Part shown: one piece after another, positions 6,312 through 7,999 of the stretch
How the letters are laid out: each line of letters begins with the position of its first letter
Numbering within the stretch: position 1 is the first letter of the stretch
From: Candidatus Saccharimonadota bacterium
GTDB taxonomy: Bacteria > Pseudomonadota > Gammaproteobacteria > Enterobacterales > Enterobacteriaceae
DNA: 7,999 bases
Reading direction: 5' to 3'
Assembly (NCBI RefSeq): GCF_012571345.1
Contig: NZ_CP046218.1
Coordinates: 433,878-441,876 of the forward strand
Program-made: the position numbers and the translations under genes
The notes under the pieces: generated by a model
Told to the model about the DNA's origin: nothing
What the model saw: the letters and a program-made list of their open reading frames with translations, nothing else
The model's database searches: none

Positions 6312-6530
6312 AAAAATCTTTAGTATATTAATAAATATTATGTTTTTAATATAAAATATAGCATATGTTATTACATATTTCATTGTTCATTCTAAATTAG
6401 ATTATAGTTATGTAATACAGTATGAAGAAATTCATTATTTGAAGTTACAATATTAGTAATAAATATTATTTTAAATCGAATAATGATATTATAAATAATG
6501 ATTTATATATTACATATTATAGGCATATAA

Positions 6531-7999
6531 ATGAATATTAAAAAGATATTATCTGAATATATATACAATGCTATGATAAAAGCAAATATACCACCATATT
6601 ATAATGTTATTTTACGTAAATGTAAAAATATCAAGTTTGGTCATTATCAAGTTAATGGTATTATTTCTGCTGCTATAAATATGAAACTTAATCCGTATGA
6701 TCTTGCTAAAAAAGTAAATAATAATATTATTGCTACTTATATCATAAAAAAAACAAATATTTCTGTTATAGGACATATAAATATTTTTATTAATAAAATA
6801 TGGTTATCAGAACAACTAGATAAAATTTTATCTTCTAAAAGGTTAGGTTTAACAAAACAAATTAAGTCACAAAATATTGTAGTTGACTACTCTAGTCCTA
6901 ATATAGCAAAAGATATGCATATTGGACATTTAAGATCAACTGTATTAGGAGATTCTGTAGTTAAAATTTTATCTTTTATAGGACATAATGTTATACAACA
7001 AAATCATATTGGTGATTGGGGCACACAATTTGGTATGTTAATCGCTTTTTTAAAAGATAAACATTTGAAACAACTGTCTATAACTAATTTAAATGAATTT
7101 TATAAACAAGCACAAATAAAATATAAAAATGATGTTATTTTTGCACAACAATCTCGTAAATATGTTATGCAATTACATAAACAAGATTCATATTGCTTAA
7201 AAATATGGAAACATATTGTATATATTACTATGGAAAATAATTATCAGTTATATAAAAATCTTAATATTTCTTTGAATCATACCCATACTATGGGCGAAAG
7301 TCAATATAATCACATGCTTCCACATATAGTTTTAGATTTAAAAAATAAAGATTTAGCTATTCATAGTCAAGGAGCTATTATTGTACCGATTTATAACGAT
7401 AAAAATCAAAATATTGATAATATTATAATTCAAAAAAGTGATGGCGCATATTTATACGCTACTACTGATATTGCCTGTATAAAATATAGAGTAAAGATGC
7501 TACATGCTGATCGCATTATATATTATGTTGATACACGTCAAAAACAATATTTACAAAATATATTTTATATTGCAAAAAAAGCCAAATATATTAATAAAAA
7601 TGTAATATTAGAACATCATATGTTTGGCATGGTTTTAAATAAATTACATAAACCATTCAAAACAAGAGAAGGACAAAATATTAAATTATTAGATCTAATT
7701 AATGAAGCTATTAAACGTTCGAAAAAAATTATTTTAAAAAAACAACCCAATATAAAATATGATAAGTTACAACATCTAGCTCATATAATAGGAATAGGTG
7801 CTATTAAATATGCTGATTTATCGAAAAACAGAACATCTAATTACATTTTTAATTGGGAAGAAGCTTTAAATTTAGAAGGTAATACATCATTATATATTCA
7901 ATATGCATATGTTAGAACTATTTCTATATTAGAAAAATCACATATGGAACAACAAAAAATACAAAAAAGTAAAATCATATTAACAAATTTAAATGAAAT
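6531..7999 (+). CDS. argS: Arginine--tRNA ligase (class I ArgRS), 3'-truncated by the window edge
   Basis: This gene is not in the supplied ORF track. Hand translation from ATG 6531 gives 489 sense codons with no stop through 7997. The N-terminus is MNIKKILSEYIYNAMIKANIPPYYNVILRKCKNIKFGHYQVNG (E. coli MNIQALLSEKVRQAMIAAG...VQFGDYQANG). Further matches are IVVDYSSPNIAKDMHIGHLRSTVLGDS (HIGH motif), NHIGDWGTQFGMLIAFL, SDGAYLYATTDIA, ADRIIYYVDTRQ, PFKTREGQNIKLLDLINEA, and GIGAIKYADLSKNRTSNYIFNWEEALNLEGNTSLYIQYAYVR. About 85% of a roughly 577-aa protein lies in the window. Confidence 0.93.
   Translation, partial: MNIKKILSEYIYNAMIKANIPPYYNVILRKCKNIKFGHYQVNGIISAAINMKLNPYDLAKKVNNNIIATYIIKKTNISVIGHINIFINKIWLSEQLDKILSSKRLGLTKQIKSQNIVVDYSSPNIAKDMHIGHLRSTVLGDSVVKILSFIGHNVIQQNHIGDWGTQFGMLIAFLKDKHLKQLSITNLNEFYKQAQIKYKNDVIFAQQSRKYVMQLHKQDSYCLKIWKHIVYITMENNYQLYKNLNISLNHTHTMGESQYNHMLPHIVLDLKNKDLAIHSQGAIIVPIYNDKNQNIDNIIIQKSDGAYLYATTDIACIKYRVKMLHADRIIYYVDTRQKQYLQNIFYIAKKAKYINKNVILEHHMFGMVLNKLHKPFKTREGQNIKLLDLINEAIKRSKKIILKKQPNIKYDKLQHLAHIIGIGAIKYADLSKNRTSNYIFNWEEALNLEGNTSLYIQYAYVRTISILEKSHMEQQKIQKSKIILTNLNE

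Noticed and set aside
6498-6530. 10-codon upstream ORF (MIYILHIIGI) whose TAA stop directly abuts the argS ATG (TAAATG)
   Set aside because: There is no SD upstream and no Arg codons, so it is not a classical amino-acid attenuation leader. Several similar 2-11 codon ORFs occur by chance throughout the spacer, for example 6365-6400 and 6422-6442.
6099-6530. Replication origin hypothesis for the long AT-rich divergent spacer
   Set aside because: No DnaA-box-like sequence (TTATCCACA/TGTGGATAA) is present. The string ccaca/tgtgg does not occur in the spacer at all. Flanking genes are not typical origin neighbours, and AT-richness is not informative in this genome.
1-7999. Hidden tRNA or small structured RNA genes in the spacers, and an alternative genetic code (UGA as Trp)
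   Set aside because: The spacers are almost free of G/C and contain nothing like tRNA acceptor or anticodon stems. Trp is encoded by TGG in ptsI and argS, and all genes are full length under the standard code with TAA/TAG stops, so no recoding is needed.

Overview
By eye this window is about 80% A+T, and the spacers have almost no G/C. It looks like a gammaproteobacterial (Enterobacterales-derived) reduced obligate insect-endosymbiont genome of the Buchnera/Wigglesworthia/Blochmannia type; I cannot name the taxon from the sequence alone. Seven housekeeping genes fill the window. They are ptsH-ptsI-crr on the + strand, aspS-yebC-ruvC on the - strand (tightly packed, transcribed in that order), and a 3'-truncated argS on the + strand. 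argS is missing from the supplied ORF track because it runs off the right edge with no stop. All complete genes are close to the length of their E. coli orthologues and keep their catalytic motifs. The genetic code is standard (TGG for Trp, TAA/TAG stops). I see no mobile elements, CRISPR, tRNA/rRNA, defence, toxin or secretion genes, and no convincing evidence of a novel multi-gene system. This is an ordinary core-genome region. The points worth a second look are the missed argS, synteny scars relative to E. coli (aspS/argS spacer, lost nudB, crr/ruvC junction with no ruvAB), two related AT-rich hairpins with a compensatory stem change in the aspS-argS spacer, apparent enrichment of AGTATA/TATACT there, slippage-prone in-frame poly(A) tracts, and a divergent yebC.
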